Assembly (NCBI GenBank): GCA_965205655.1
Contig: CBDBIJ010000022.1
Span: 96,001-160,000 of the forward strand
DNA: 64,000 bases
Source: Candidatus Latescibacterota bacterium
GTDB taxonomy: Bacteria; Latescibacterota; UBA2968; UBA8231
Reading direction: 5' to 3'
A program made the translations under genes and the position numbers. Below, in pieces: positions 37,361 to 46,845 of the stretch. The notes beneath the pieces were generated by a model. It worked only from the letters and a program-made list of their open reading frames with translations. It was not told the origin of the DNA and ran no database searches. The first letter of the stretch is position 1. Every line of letters starts with the position of its first letter.

Positions 37361-39764
37361 CAGCTCCTCCTACGGTATCGAAGAAGCTTGTCGATACGGT
37401 CACGCCGACTTGTCTCGGATCGCCATGACTGATGTAGCGGGCCTTTTCCTCGTCGGTCGGTGCCAGCTTGAAGAAGAAGCCACGCACCGCGTAGCGTTCA
37501 TCCAGGAGATTTCTCCCCCAGAGAGTGATGTCCCACGCGTCGCCGCTGTATCCGACGCTGCCGTTTAGCAACTGGTAAGCCTCCGATTTCTGATCGTGGC
37601 TGTCAGAGAAGAAGAATTCGTCTACCGCAGTGGCCTCGGCCCTCGCCACGAGTCCTCTCCGATCTCGATATTCACCGCCGATCCGAAGATTGTACTCGGG
37701 AGCGTGGGCGGCCGCCCGGTCTCCGAGGTCCAGCTCGACAACCTCATCGTAGATGATCGCGTCAAAGCGATAGCGGTCGATATGGCTATCAAGGTAGCCG
37801 AGCGAGCCGAACAGACTGAGTGCGGATGTGGGTCGAAACGCTTGCTCGAGCTCGACACCGCTGTTGCGACCTTTGTCCGCATTCGCGGTGAAGTAGAAGA
37901 AGCTGTTTGGATCCGGATGCTGCTGGCTCGACAGGTTGACCTGCTGGTCGGAGCGCATGGCGTGGAACAGCGTCAATGATGTCGACGACTTCGCACCGGA
38001 GAACCGATAGCCCGCCTCCAGATTCCAGATGTACTCGGGATCGAAAGGCCGGTTGCTGGCAGGCAGACGCGGGTGCTGGTTGATACCGCCGGCGCCGAAC
38101 CCGCGCGAAACGGCGGTGAATGCCGTTCGCCCGGCACCCAGACGGTAGGTCAGCGCCAACTTGCCACCCGCCAGCCACTGGGTGACGTCGAAGTCGATCG
38201 GCTGCGGTTCCTCATCCGTGAAGCTGTTGAATGTCGTGCCCGCGTAGGAAGTGGCATTGCGATCGACTCGCGCGTTGATCGACATCGTCAGATCCTCCGA
38301 GAGGACGCGGCCGATCTGGCCGTAGAACGCCAGGTCCGTGACGTCGAAGGTGCTTTTCAGATCTGTGACATCCCCGCCGAACAGATAACCATTGGCATCG
38401 TCCTTCTCCTCAAGCGACTTGGCGTACGCCCCCACGATGACGTCGCCGATACCGGTGACGCCCGGCTTCAACAGCCGCACTTCCTGCGACAGCGTCGAGC
38501 GGTCCCGCACGTTGCGGTCGAAAAAGTCCCAGCTATACCCTTGCTCTTGGGGATCGAAGCTGTACGGCTCCTGCAGCCAGAAGTCGTCGTTGCCCCAGTC
38601 GCCGTCGAAGCTGTGCTCGAGCTCTGTCTGCGAATAGGCCGTTATCGACACCAGCTCTGCCCGCATCCGCTTCAGAGGCAGCTGTCCTCTCAACGAAAAA
38701 GCGACCGTCTCCTGTCTGTCTTTCCCGCGGTTGTCCGAGTATGTGACCAGATCTTCGTTGTTGTCCGGACTCCAAGCGTCGTAGCCGTTGTTCAGATTGG
38801 CACGGAAGATCGTGGCCATCAGCATGGCGCCGTTGTCGGCGGCCATCCACCGCACCTTTGCGCGCGCCATCTCCTCCCGCCGACGGTTGGAATCCTCTAC
38901 GTTCCGAAATACGTTCTCGCGAAAGCCGTTCGACCGACCAGCACCAAATCCCACCCGTACAGCCAAATCCTCGTTCACCGGCACGTTGACGTGGCCGGCG
39001 TACCGCAGCATCGCGTCATTGCCCAGCGAGACACTGCCACCGCGGGTGAAGGCGTGTATCGGGTCAGACGACTGCACGTTGATCAGTCCCGCCATGGCGT
39101 TGGGGCCGAAGATCGTCGACTGCGGCCCCTTGAACACCTCCACCTGCTCGAGGTCGTGCAAGAGCCCCGCCATCCCCATGCCGCTCAGGTCGACGTCGTC
39201 CATCACGAAGCCGACGGAGAAATTCGGCGGACCCTCGCCGGCGTAGTGGCTGCGCTCTCCCATGCCGCGGATCTGGAAGTAGCGCGGCCTTGAGGTGCCG
39301 CCGGCCCAGTTCAGATTCGGTATCGACTGCGTCAGATCGTGGAGATGGTGATTGCCGGCGCTCGCCAGCTCGCGCTCCCCGATCACGGTCACGCTCGATG
39401 GCACCTGACCGAGTGCCTGCTCCATCAGCCCACCGACCACCACGACCTCGGGTCCCTGCAGGGCAATCTGCCACATTCGCACTATCACCGCCTCCCCGGT
39501 CGGTGCCAGGACGACCGATTCATAGCCGATGAAGGAGACGGTGACCGAAGCGCCCGCCGGGACCGTCAGCTCGAAGCGGCCGTTCTCGTCGGCGATCGTG
39601 CCTCTGTCTCCACTGACCACGCTGGCTCTGGCAAGCGGTGCGCCCGTATCGGCGTCGATGACCGTTCCGCTCATCGAAACGGACTGCGCCTCGACGCCGC
39701 TTGCCGCGGCCAACACGATTAAGAAAGTGATGATGCGATTTGTGATTGAGCTGCCGTCTTGCAT
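37353..39764 (-). CDS. TonB-dependent receptor with N-terminal carboxypeptidase-regulatory-like domain (probable thiamine uptake)
   Basis: Signal peptide, plug motifs (IRGMG, VEVFKGPQST.FG.NA.AG.I) and C-terminal NLLDE.Y...PRQVG. Directly downstream of the TPP riboswitch with a GGGAGG RBS. Confidence 0.92.
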   Translation of the reverse strand: MQDGSSITNRIITFLIVLAAASGVEAQSVSMSGTVIDADTGAPLARASVVSGDRGTIADENGRFELTVPAGASVTVSFIGYESVVLAPTGEAVIVRMWQIALQGPEVVVVGGLMEQALGQVPSSVTVIGERELASAGNHHLHDLTQSIPNLNWAGGTSRPRYFQIRGMGERSHYAGEGPPNFSVGFVMDDVDLSGMGMAGLLHDLEQVEVFKGPQSTIFGPNAMAGLINVQSSDPIHAFTRGGSVSLGNDAMLRYAGHVNVPVNEDLAVRVGFGAGRSNGFRENVFRNVEDSNRRREEMARAKVRWMAADNGAMLMATIFRANLNNGYDAWSPDNNEDLVTYSDNRGKDRQETVAFSLRGQLPLKRMRAELVSITAYSQTELEHSFDGDWGNDDFWLQEPYSFDPQEQGYSWDFFDRNVRDRSTLSQEVRLLKPGVTGIGDVIVGAYAKSLEEKDDANGYLFGGDVTDLKSTFDVTDLAFYGQIGRVLSEDLTMSINARVDRNATSYAGTTFNSFTDEEPQPIDFDVTQWLAGGKLALTYRLGAGRTAFTAVSRGFGAGGINQHPRLPASNRPFDPEYIWNLEAGYRFSGAKSSTSLTLFHAMRSDQQVNLSSQQHPDPNSFFYFTANADKGRNSGVELEQAFRPTSALSLFGSLGYLDSHIDRYRFDAIIYDEVVELDLGDRAAAHAPEYNLRIGGEYRDRRGLVARAEATAVDEFFFSDSHDQKSEAYQLLNGSVGYSGDAWDITLWGRNLLDERYAVRGFFFKLAPTDEEKARYISHGDPRQVGVTVSTSFFDTVGGAGG

Positions 39765-39802
39765 GAGAGCCTCCCTCAGTGATGCAGAGCACTCACGCCC
39801 CG

Positions 39803-39844
39803 AAAACGAAAGGCCGCGCTCCCAGTACGGGAGAACGGCCCTTT
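39803..39844 (-). terminator. Intrinsic terminator hairpin, expression platform of the TPP riboswitch
   Basis: Minus strand AAAGGGCCGTTCTCCC-GTACT-GGGAGCGCGGCCTTT followed by CGTTTT, located between the aptamer and the TBDR start. Confidence 0.7.
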
Positions 39845-39863
39845 GCGACATCCTCTGTCGGGG

Positions 39864-39949
39864 TCCGTGGTCCCTACGCTGGCATGATCCAGATCAGGTT
39901 CGAAGGGTGTTAGATCTCAGGCCCTCTCTCGAGAGCCACCCCTCACGGA
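39864..39949 (-). ncRNA. TPP riboswitch (THI element)
   Basis: Minus strand TCCGTG-AGGGGTG...CTGAGA...ACCCTTCGAACCTGATCTGGATCATGCCAGCGTAGGGA-CCACGGA: canonical core with a closing P1 helix, upstream of thiN. Confidence 0.95.
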
Positions 39950-40040
39950 ACCGTCGTTTGGTAACTCGACGTAATTCTAATATAGTTCTGGCTGCATGCT
40001 CGTCAATTCGACGAATCCATCCTCAGCTGGAGGTCTACTG

Positions 40041-40352
40041 ATGAAACGCGTCATGGTTCAGTACCAGGTAAAAGCGGATAAAGCCGAGGAGAATAAACGA
40101 CTTATCGATGCCATCTTTGCTGCCCTGAAGGAGGCTTCGCCCGCCGGCCTGGAGTATTCCTCGTATGTGCAGGAAGACGGAGTGAGCTTCGTCCACATCG
40201 CATCGATTGATACCGAAGATGGCAGCAATCCCCTCGAGGACATCGAGGCCTTCGACACCTTCACGGCCGAGATCCGCGATCGCTGCGAAATTCCGCCGGC
40301 GCCGACGCCGCTGCAGCAGGTCGGCTCGTATCAATCGGCTCGCGAGGGGTAA
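40041..40352 (+). CDS. Small dimeric alpha/beta-barrel (ABM-like) hypothetical protein
   Basis: 103 aa, MKRVMVQYQVKADKAEEN...DGVSFVH. GGAGG RBS upstream. Confidence 0.7.
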   Translation: MKRVMVQYQVKADKAEENKRLIDAIFAALKEASPAGLEYSSYVQEDGVSFVHIASIDTEDGSNPLEDIEAFDTFTAEIRDRCEIPPAPTPLQQVGSYQSAREG

Positions 40353-40353
40353 C

Positions 40354-40543
40354 TTACCCCCGCTCTGATATCAGCGTCCCCGCCACCGCCCACTGATCGC
40401 GGTCGAATTCCTCGATGCACGGCCATCGTCCCGTCCCTCGGGGAGCCACAGATATCAACTATGGCGTCTGTGATCCTCGCTGCCAGTTCCTGCTTCTGCT
40501 CCTTCGTGCGTCCCTTCAGCATCTTCACGTTGATGAATGGCAT
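40354..40543 (-). CDS. 4-oxalocrotonate tautomerase family protein (1-nt frameshift near 40417)
   Basis: Pro-1 (MPFINVKMLKGRTKEQK). Removing one base gives AVIEEFDRDQWAVAGTLISERG*, 62 aa in total. Confidence 0.85.
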
Positions 40544-40569
40544 ACGTGACTCCCCTTTGTTGCCGGACC

Positions 40570-41547
40570 TCAGTCGGGCAAAAGGAACTTCCCCTTACTC
40601 ATGATTGCGGTTCCGTCGACTTCGACTTCCGGAAGAGCAAGAATCGCGTCGAGGTGAAGAGGTGCCCGAACGGTTCCTCCCGGCAGGGCGGCATTGCTGC
40701 CCGTGCTCACGTGAGCCCAGCCGTAGATGCGCTCTCCCTCGAAACTGGGCTCGTCGCCGAGCAGGCGCGCTCCCGGGTTCGTGCCCATCCCCCAGGCGGC
40801 AAACTCGTAGACACCTGCATCGTCGAACTGAGCCAGCAGTTGATTCAGCCGGTCCGCTTCCGGGCCACCCTCGATCTTCGTCGCACGCCCATTCTCGAAT
40901 GTCATCGTCAGCGGGCCTGACAGCCTGCCGATACTGGTGACCGAGCCATCCACGACCGCCTGCCCCTGCACCGTACCCAACGGGGGAACGTTCAGCGCCA
41001 AGCCGGCTGGAAACGTATCGAGCTCTCCTTGCTGATGACACAGACCATCCGCCACCATCGTCGGATTCCCGAGATCGAGAGTCAGATCAGTTCCGAGATC
41101 GGACGTGATGCGCACCTTCTTTCCACCATCGAGTAGCGCCCCGAGTTGATTCGTCAGCTGTGCCAGCGGCGCCATATCGGCAGACATGGTACGAAGGAAG
41201 GCGTCCTCACTGACACCGGGCATGGTGATCACCCGCGTGCCCGCCTTCTGAGCCGCGATTCGCGCCTGGCTGTGAGTCAGAGACGTGCTCGTGTGAAGAA
41301 AGGCGGCGTCCGCTGCTCTCATCGCTTCGGCAACAGCTGACGGCGGCTCCATACCTCCCCGCGGACGCGCCGGAAACACGATCGCCATCGCCTCGGCGCC
41401 GGCGGCTCTCGCCGCCCCGAGCATCGCCTCGCTGACGCTGTGATCGGCCATCGTGTCGGCCACGATCAGCACCTCCTCGCCCTCCCTCACCCCCATGCAT
41501 GTTTCCACTGCGACCCGGCCGCAGTGGGCCAGTTCGACTGTTCGCAT
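40570..41547 (-). CDS. M29/aminopeptidase T-like (leucyl aminopeptidase/NicX-like fold) protein
   Basis: GEEVLIVAD, EPP..VAEAM, SLTH, G.GTNP.A, AHVSTG.N..PGG and HLD motifs. Confidence 0.75.
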   Translation of the reverse strand: MRTVELAHCGRVAVETCMGVREGEEVLIVADTMADHSVSEAMLGAARAAGAEAMAIVFPARPRGGMEPPSAVAEAMRAADAAFLHTSTSLTHSQARIAAQKAGTRVITMPGVSEDAFLRTMSADMAPLAQLTNQLGALLDGGKKVRITSDLGTDLTLDLGNPTMVADGLCHQQGELDTFPAGLALNVPPLGTVQGQAVVDGSVTSIGRLSGPLTMTFENGRATKIEGGPEADRLNQLLAQFDDAGVYEFAAWGMGTNPGARLLGDEPSFEGERIYGWAHVSTGSNAALPGGTVRAPLHLDAILALPEVEVDGTAIMSKGKFLLPD

Positions 41548-41710
41548 CTGGTCGTCTCTCCTCAGCGCCCGATGGAGCAGCCTTCGCGGTTGAAGAACGT
41601 AGCTGATACGTCGTCACCTTCACTATGTTTAGTGGGCTGCGGTGGCGCGCCTTCGCAGAGCATAGCATATATGTACCGTCGTCGGAAGCAGCTGCGGAGA
41701 GGATTCTGAT

Positions 41711-42046
41711 ATGGGCGAAGCTGTTCTAGTGATCGCGGGGTTGGCCATCCTGTCGCTGTTCGCAAACATGCTCTCGAGAGAGAAAAGCGGCGCGGAGAAT
41801 GACATCGGTCAGCCAATTGAGCACACCATCACGGTTTGGGGGGAAAGAGAGCCAGCTGCCCGTAGTCCCGAACCGGCACCGCAGAGAATAACGGTAGAAT
41901 ACAGCGTTACTATCGATGCGGATTCAGCAGAGATGCTCGCGGTGCTACAGCACGAGAGTGTCGCGGCTGCCAACGAGGACTTCCGGCGCCGGTTCGCCCG
42001 ATTCCTACACGGACATGAGATTGGCAGTGGCGTGGTGCGCATCTGA
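41711..42046 (+). CDS. Hypothetical protein with N-terminal hydrophobic anchor
   Basis: 111-aa ORF preceded by a GGAGAGG RBS. Confidence 0.5.
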   Translation: MGEAVLVIAGLAILSLFANMLSREKSGAENDIGQPIEHTITVWGEREPAARSPEPAPQRITVEYSVTIDADSAEMLAVLQHESVAAANEDFRRRFARFLHGHEIGSGVVRI

Positions 42047-42080
42047 GTGAGTGGCGCGAAGCGGTAGGGGGCCAGTGAGC

Positions 42081-42589
42081 ATGAAAGGAATAAAGCTGGA
42101 ACTGCACGAGGTCCTAGAAAAAGCCGAGGACGATAATCTGCTCAGCAGATCCATCGATGGCTTCCTGCTGGCCCTAATCGTGTCGAACATTGCCGTGGTT
42201 ATACTGGAATCGATCGCCAGTTTGCGGGAAAGCTATGGCGGTTTCTTCGAGGACTTTGAGCTCATCTCGGTGATCATCTTTAGCGTTGAGTATGTGTTGC
42301 GGCTGTGGGTCTGTAACGTGCTCCCGCAATACCGGGGCGCTCTCGGCCGCATCAAGTACGCCCTCACTCCCATGGCCATCGTGGACCTGATGGCTGTCCT
42401 GCCCTTCTACCTGCCCCTGTTCTTTACCTTCGACCCCTCGGGGCCATCATCGCCATTCTGGGGATCGGATTGTTCGCCCTGCCCGCCGGAATTCTCGGAT
42501 CCGGATTCGTCGTGGCGATGCGAAGACAGGAGAGCAGCAAATTCTACTGCCCGCATTGCAGCAAAGAGATCGCCAGACAATCTCAGTAG
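42081..42589 (+). pseudogene. Voltage-gated-type K+ channel/ion transporter with internal deletion of S4-S5-pore
   Basis: S1-S3 (FSVEYVLRLW...IVDLMAVLPFY) are followed by an out-of-frame jump at ~42435 to S6 LGAIIAILGIGLFALPAGILGSGF and a CPHC tail. No TxGYGD filter is present. Confidence 0.85.
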
Positions 42590-42607
42590 TGGCGACCACT
42601 CTGTCAT

Positions 42608-43009
42608 TTAATATGACTCGTCCGCGGAGCCTTCCGGGCGCCGCCCTCTCTCCGGCGCAGTCACGCTTCCTCGGCTCTTTTGTCCCTTCTCTTCCTTCTG
42701 CTGATCTCGAACTTCCTTGCGTTCGGATGCGTGTGAGATCTCCGTCAGCCTGTCCAGGTAGGTATTGATCCTCCGCAGTTTATCTTTGAGAGGACGGAGC
42801 GCCGTTTGCAGCTCGTGAATCCGTTTCCGCTTTTCGGGAAGTCCCTCCTGGAGTTTGGCGATCCGCCGGTCGAGCTTGCGCAGAGTTTTCCCCATCTCGT
42901 TACTCGCGTTCTGCAGCCGGATGAGGCTCTTGGCCACAACCACGGCCGCTCCAGCCGCGGCGGCGACCGCGGCGGCTTCTGGTCGGAAGAGTAACTCGGA
43001 GATTCCCAT
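42608..43009 (-). CDS. Hypothetical membrane-anchored coiled-coil protein
   Basis: Hydrophobic N-terminal segment followed by heptad-like charged helices. Confidence 0.55.
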   Translation of the reverse strand: MGISELLFRPEAAAVAAAAGAAVVVAKSLIRLQNASNEMGKTLRKLDRRIAKLQEGLPEKRKRIHELQTALRPLKDKLRRINTYLDRLTEISHASERKEVRDQQKEEKGQKSRGSVTAPERGRRPEGSADESY

Positions 43010-43066
43010 GGAGGTTCCCTGGTATGCCCGTGGCAGGCACGAATCTACAATTTTTGCCCTTCTTTG

Positions 43067-44275
43067 TCACCAATTCTGATCACACCTCGACGGCCCGCGG
43101 TACACCTCCTTGAGCTCAAGTGCCAGGCGCTCGTTATCGTGTAGGGCGAGGATGGAACTCCGAGCCAGGCTCCGCTTCGCTGCCAGAGCGTCAGGGTGAT
43201 CCAGGTAATACTTCAGACACTCCTCGAGCTCTCCCAGGCTCGTGAGGATGAAACCGGATCTCCGCAGGTCCTCGGTCATGAACTCGGGGCGAACGTAGGT
43301 CACCGTGGGCACACCGAGGAACATGCTCTCGATCTGGGCATTCGCATAGTAGCCCATCTTCATCTTGCCGATAGACAGGTCGGCCGTCGCCAGTTCCCTC
43401 AGGATGCGTTCGTGTGACTCCGCCTGCAGTACGGTGAATTCGATGCAGTAGCCGCGGCATTTGAGTCCCTCGATGGCCTTCTCGATCTCTGCGGTCCCCT
43501 CGATACCCGGATGGTTCGTGGCGTGCACTATCTTCCAGCCACGCCGCGTTCCTCCCACCTCTTCGCCGGAGCGGTATTTGTTGTGATCGATTTCCGGCGT
43601 GAAAAACGGGAAGTGGACGGCCTCTGAAACGAAATCGAGCATGTCGGGCGTGGTCACGAGGAGGTTGTCTCCGTAGCGTCGAGCCAAGCCGCGCTTGTGC
43701 TTGAGCAGGCTGCCCTGACAAGGGTAGGTCGGGGCGTAGTCACAGCTCTGGCAAATGTTGACTTCTGGATGGAGCTGCATGTTGACCTTTCGGTCCCGGA
43801 TGTCGCAGCCGCGGAAGTTGATCACCAGCTTTCGTCCCAGTCTCTTCAAAATGGGCTGGTCCCAGCCGAACTTGCCCGTCGTGATCATGAAGTGCGAGTG
43901 GACGACCTCGTACTTCGCCACCACGCGCCAGAACAGGAAGAACTCCTGTACGGCGCGAACCGGAGGCCATATGGAGGCTACGAAGTTATAGTCACACTGG
44001 CTCCACGTCTCGCTCGTGCCGATGGCGAGATAGTCCGCGTCGACCCCGACACGGCGCAGAGCTTTCACCGTGTAGAAGGGTATGTGCACCATATTGGAGA
44101 TATGGAGCACCGTGCCTGGCCGCACGACCTTGCGGCGGAAGGGTACCAGAAGCAGGTTGATGGGGTGAAGTACGAGTGTCGAGAGCCGGTACAGACAGTC
44201 GTGCACGCCCTCGACCAGGAAACTGAACCATAGACTTCGTCTGCTGCGCTTCAGGATGTCAACGACGAACTTCAT
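43067..44275 (-). CDS. GT-B fold glycosyltransferase-like protein
   Basis: VVHSHF, FRGCDIR, IVHA.....EGT..I and GYYANAQIESM.LGVP motifs. Last gene of the polysaccharide operon. Confidence 0.7.
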   Translation of the reverse strand: MKFVVDILKRSRRSLWFSFLVEGVHDCLYRLSTLVLHPINLLLVPFRRKVVRPGTVLHISNMVHIPFYTVKALRRVGVDADYLAIGTSETWSQCDYNFVASIWPPVRAVQEFFLFWRVVAKYEVVHSHFMITTGKFGWDQPILKRLGRKLVINFRGCDIRDRKVNMQLHPEVNICQSCDYAPTYPCQGSLLKHKRGLARRYGDNLLVTTPDMLDFVSEAVHFPFFTPEIDHNKYRSGEEVGGTRRGWKIVHATNHPGIEGTAEIEKAIEGLKCRGYCIEFTVLQAESHERILRELATADLSIGKMKMGYYANAQIESMFLGVPTVTYVRPEFMTEDLRRSGFILTSLGELEECLKYYLDHPDALAAKRSLARSSILALHDNERLALELKEVYRGPSRCDQNW

Positions 44276-45177
44276 GCGTGGCGCCGGGACAGCGGAGCAT
44301 CTAACTGTCCTTTTGCCTCCTCACACACCTCGACCGCGCCCTCGGCAAAATCGACTCGCGGAGCCCCCAGAAGCCTCTCCATCGTCGTGATATCCCCGAC
44401 CAGATGGCTGGCACCCCCTTCGCATTCCGCGACGTCGAAAACGGGCTCCACCCCGAGCAAGTCTCCGATGGTCCGGCCGATTTCCGCCAACGACAGGACG
44501 CGCGGGCCCGCCAGGTTTATCAGATAGCTGTCATCAAGAGTCAGGGCTTGCACCAGGGCATCTGCGGCATCCTCGACGTAGAGCGGATTTATGTGCAGAC
44601 CTTGCTCGCCTCTCAGCAGGATCGGCTCCCCGGCGAGCACCGAATGCACGAGCCGCGGTACGAGCATCGCCCGCGACTGCCCCTTGCCGTAGGGGAAAAA
44701 AGGCCGCACCACGACCGTATTGAAGAACGTCTTGTAGTTCGCTATCAGAAGCTCGGCGGAGCACTTCGTGCTCAAGTAGAAGTTGATGGGATCCACCTTG
44801 TCCGTTTCCACGAACCGGTCGTAGCTGGTCCCGTACACTCCCCCAGTCGAGGCGTACAGAAACTGTTTCGCCCCCGCGCCTCTAGCGTACTCCAGCAGGT
44901 TGAAGGTGCTGGCCACGTTGATGCGGTAGATATCATCCGCCTTATCCGGGAAGTCCTTGTAGTGCTTCGACTGCGCCAAATGAATGACCGCATCCACTCG
45001 TTCCGGCAGTTCGTCCGGGCGAAGCTGAGCCGACAGGTCCTGGATACAGAACCGAACCCCGCCGACTCCCTCAGCTGGCTGATGGCGAACGAGGCAGTGG
45101 ACGTCGTGGTCCCCGGCAAGACGTGTAACCAGACGACTTCCGATAAAACCCGTTCCTCCGGTGATCAGGATTCGCAC
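44272..45177 (-). CDS. NAD-dependent epimerase/dehydratase
   Basis: TGGTGFIG, HLA, STGGVYG and YLSTK motifs. Confidence 0.9.
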   Translation of the reverse strand: MRILITGGTGFIGSRLVTRLAGDHDVHCLVRHQPAEGVGGVRFCIQDLSAQLRPDELPERVDAVIHLAQSKHYKDFPDKADDIYRINVASTFNLLEYARGAGAKQFLYASTGGVYGTSYDRFVETDKVDPINFYLSTKCSAELLIANYKTFFNTVVVRPFFPYGKGQSRAMLVPRLVHSVLAGEPILLRGEQGLHINPLYVEDAADALVQALTLDDSYLINLAGPRVLSLAEIGRTIGDLLGVEPVFDVAECEGGASHLVGDITTMERLLGAPRVDFAEGAVEVCEEAKGQLDAPLSRRHA

Positions 45178-45188
45178 AGTCTCGTCTC

Positions 45189-46781
45189 CTAAACCTCGCC
45201 CATCGCACCCCTACTGCTCGCTGTGGCGTAAACGACGAAAGGACCTGCTTCGTCGACAAGATGGAAGCGCCCGTCCGAAAAGGCTGAATCTCCCAGACAC
45301 TCCTCGTACTCCTGCACCGCCTGTCGGCTGCTGGCTATGTAGTCGACTTTGTAGATTTTCACCAGCTCCTCGATGGGGGTGCCCGGATAGGGATAGTTTC
45401 CCGCTATAGACAGCCACTCGCGGTGGCTCAAAAGGCGCTCGTCGTTGTCGACGCCCAGGCACAAGACCTGAGCCTGCTCAGTCCCGTACAGCAGCGGCCA
45501 GAACAGCGTGCCGAGACTGTATAGCCGAGCTCCCTCTCGGTCGAATTTACGAACCAGGGGCAGGAAGCGCTCCCACACCGATTGCCAGTAGGTGAAGCCC
45601 TTTACGTATATGACGAAGAAGAAGACATACGCCGCTAACGAATACACAACGAAGCCCTGAAGGAGCTGCATTCTGCCCGTCCCGAAAACAACGAGCACGA
45701 AAAGTAGCATCTGAGGGAAGAGGGTGTATTCAAGATATCGTTCCGCCTCACCCAGGAACAGGAACCACGGGAGAGTGATTATCGCAGTGGACGCTAAGGC
45801 TGCTAGACACCACGGTAGCAGCGCCGAGGCTATGTCGTCGTTGCCGATCGGACTTTGCGTCCCTGACCAGTAGAGCACATACGCTAGCAGAAGAAGATGC
45901 GGAAACGCAGACACAATTAGGTGGACTGGGTGACTTTCCCTGAAGAACCACAGGATGAGCTGCCAGGGGCGGCGCAGAGAAATGTAGCAGCTCCTTAGGA
46001 AGGAGCGGACGTAGTGAACGAGGCTGCGCCCTGCCAGATACTCTCGCTGGACGTGCTTCCTGTAAAACAGAGAGTGACCGAGCTGCCCTCGGAGCACTCT
46101 CCATGCCGCACCACGGGTGACCGCTCCCGCGAGGACGTAACCCGCAAGTGCCGACGGCAGGATGGCGAACTTTCCGGCAACCGCAAGCATAATGCTTGTG
46201 ATAACGACTACTTGATTAGCGAACTTGCTGCTTATGCTGAGAGGAACGATGGCAAGCGTTGACAGGATGAGCCAGATTGGCTCCGCCTCCAGATCGTAGA
46301 GAATCTGCCCTCCCATGAACGCCAGGAACATCAGCTGCCCCAGCGGCCGCGGCGAGCCGTTGTAGGCCCGCGGGCCGCCGCTCACCCTGAGCAGAGCAGG
46401 CGATACCGCCAGCGCCAGCGCTGTCCAGGCGGCGATTTCATCTGCCTGGAGGACGCCCATACACTGTCCGGCGATCCTCCGCGACAGCTCGTATGAGCCG
46501 AGAACCAGTAGCGCGTCAACGAAGGCTGAGCTGTAGCGCTCGGCCACCGGGATCGATCGCTCGGGAACGAAGGAAAGCAACCAGTGATACAGAAAGGGAT
46601 ACGTGAAGCGGTGCGACGCGAGAGCTCGGGGGATGACCGGCGGAATACGGTGCTTCTCTTGCCTGATGGCTCTGGCCATCAACAGATGGAAGTATCCGTC
46701 GCTGCTGATTGCATGCCTGCGGATCAAGCGCGGCGCGGCGCGCAGCGCGAAAGCCAGGGCCGCTATAAGGAGGGCTGTCAC
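45189..46781 (-). CDS. Multi-pass membrane protein (GT-C/polysaccharide-modifying-like), function unknown
   Basis: About 10-12 hydrophobic segments with D.YFHL and YPFLYH in the first loop. Lies within the glycan operon. Confidence 0.65.
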   Translation of the reverse strand: MTALLIAALAFALRAAPRLIRRHAISSDGYFHLLMARAIRQEKHRIPPVIPRALASHRFTYPFLYHWLLSFVPERSIPVAERYSSAFVDALLVLGSYELSRRIAGQCMGVLQADEIAAWTALALAVSPALLRVSGGPRAYNGSPRPLGQLMFLAFMGGQILYDLEAEPIWLILSTLAIVPLSISSKFANQVVVITSIMLAVAGKFAILPSALAGYVLAGAVTRGAAWRVLRGQLGHSLFYRKHVQREYLAGRSLVHYVRSFLRSCYISLRRPWQLILWFFRESHPVHLIVSAFPHLLLLAYVLYWSGTQSPIGNDDIASALLPWCLAALASTAIITLPWFLFLGEAERYLEYTLFPQMLLFVLVVFGTGRMQLLQGFVVYSLAAYVFFFVIYVKGFTYWQSVWERFLPLVRKFDREGARLYSLGTLFWPLLYGTEQAQVLCLGVDNDERLLSHREWLSIAGNYPYPGTPIEELVKIYKVDYIASSRQAVQEYEECLGDSAFSDGRFHLVDEAGPFVVYATASSRGAMGEV

Positions 46782-46845
46782 TCATTCCCTCCGTCGCCAT
46801 GAGGTCGTACGTCTCTCTTGGACTCCAGTGTTTCGCCCTCGATTT

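Noticed and set aside
40346..40360. Palindrome GGGGTAA-C-TTACCCC between convergent genes
   Set aside because: It is formed by the two GGG-TAA gene ends, with a 1-nt loop and no U-tract, so support as a terminator is too weak.
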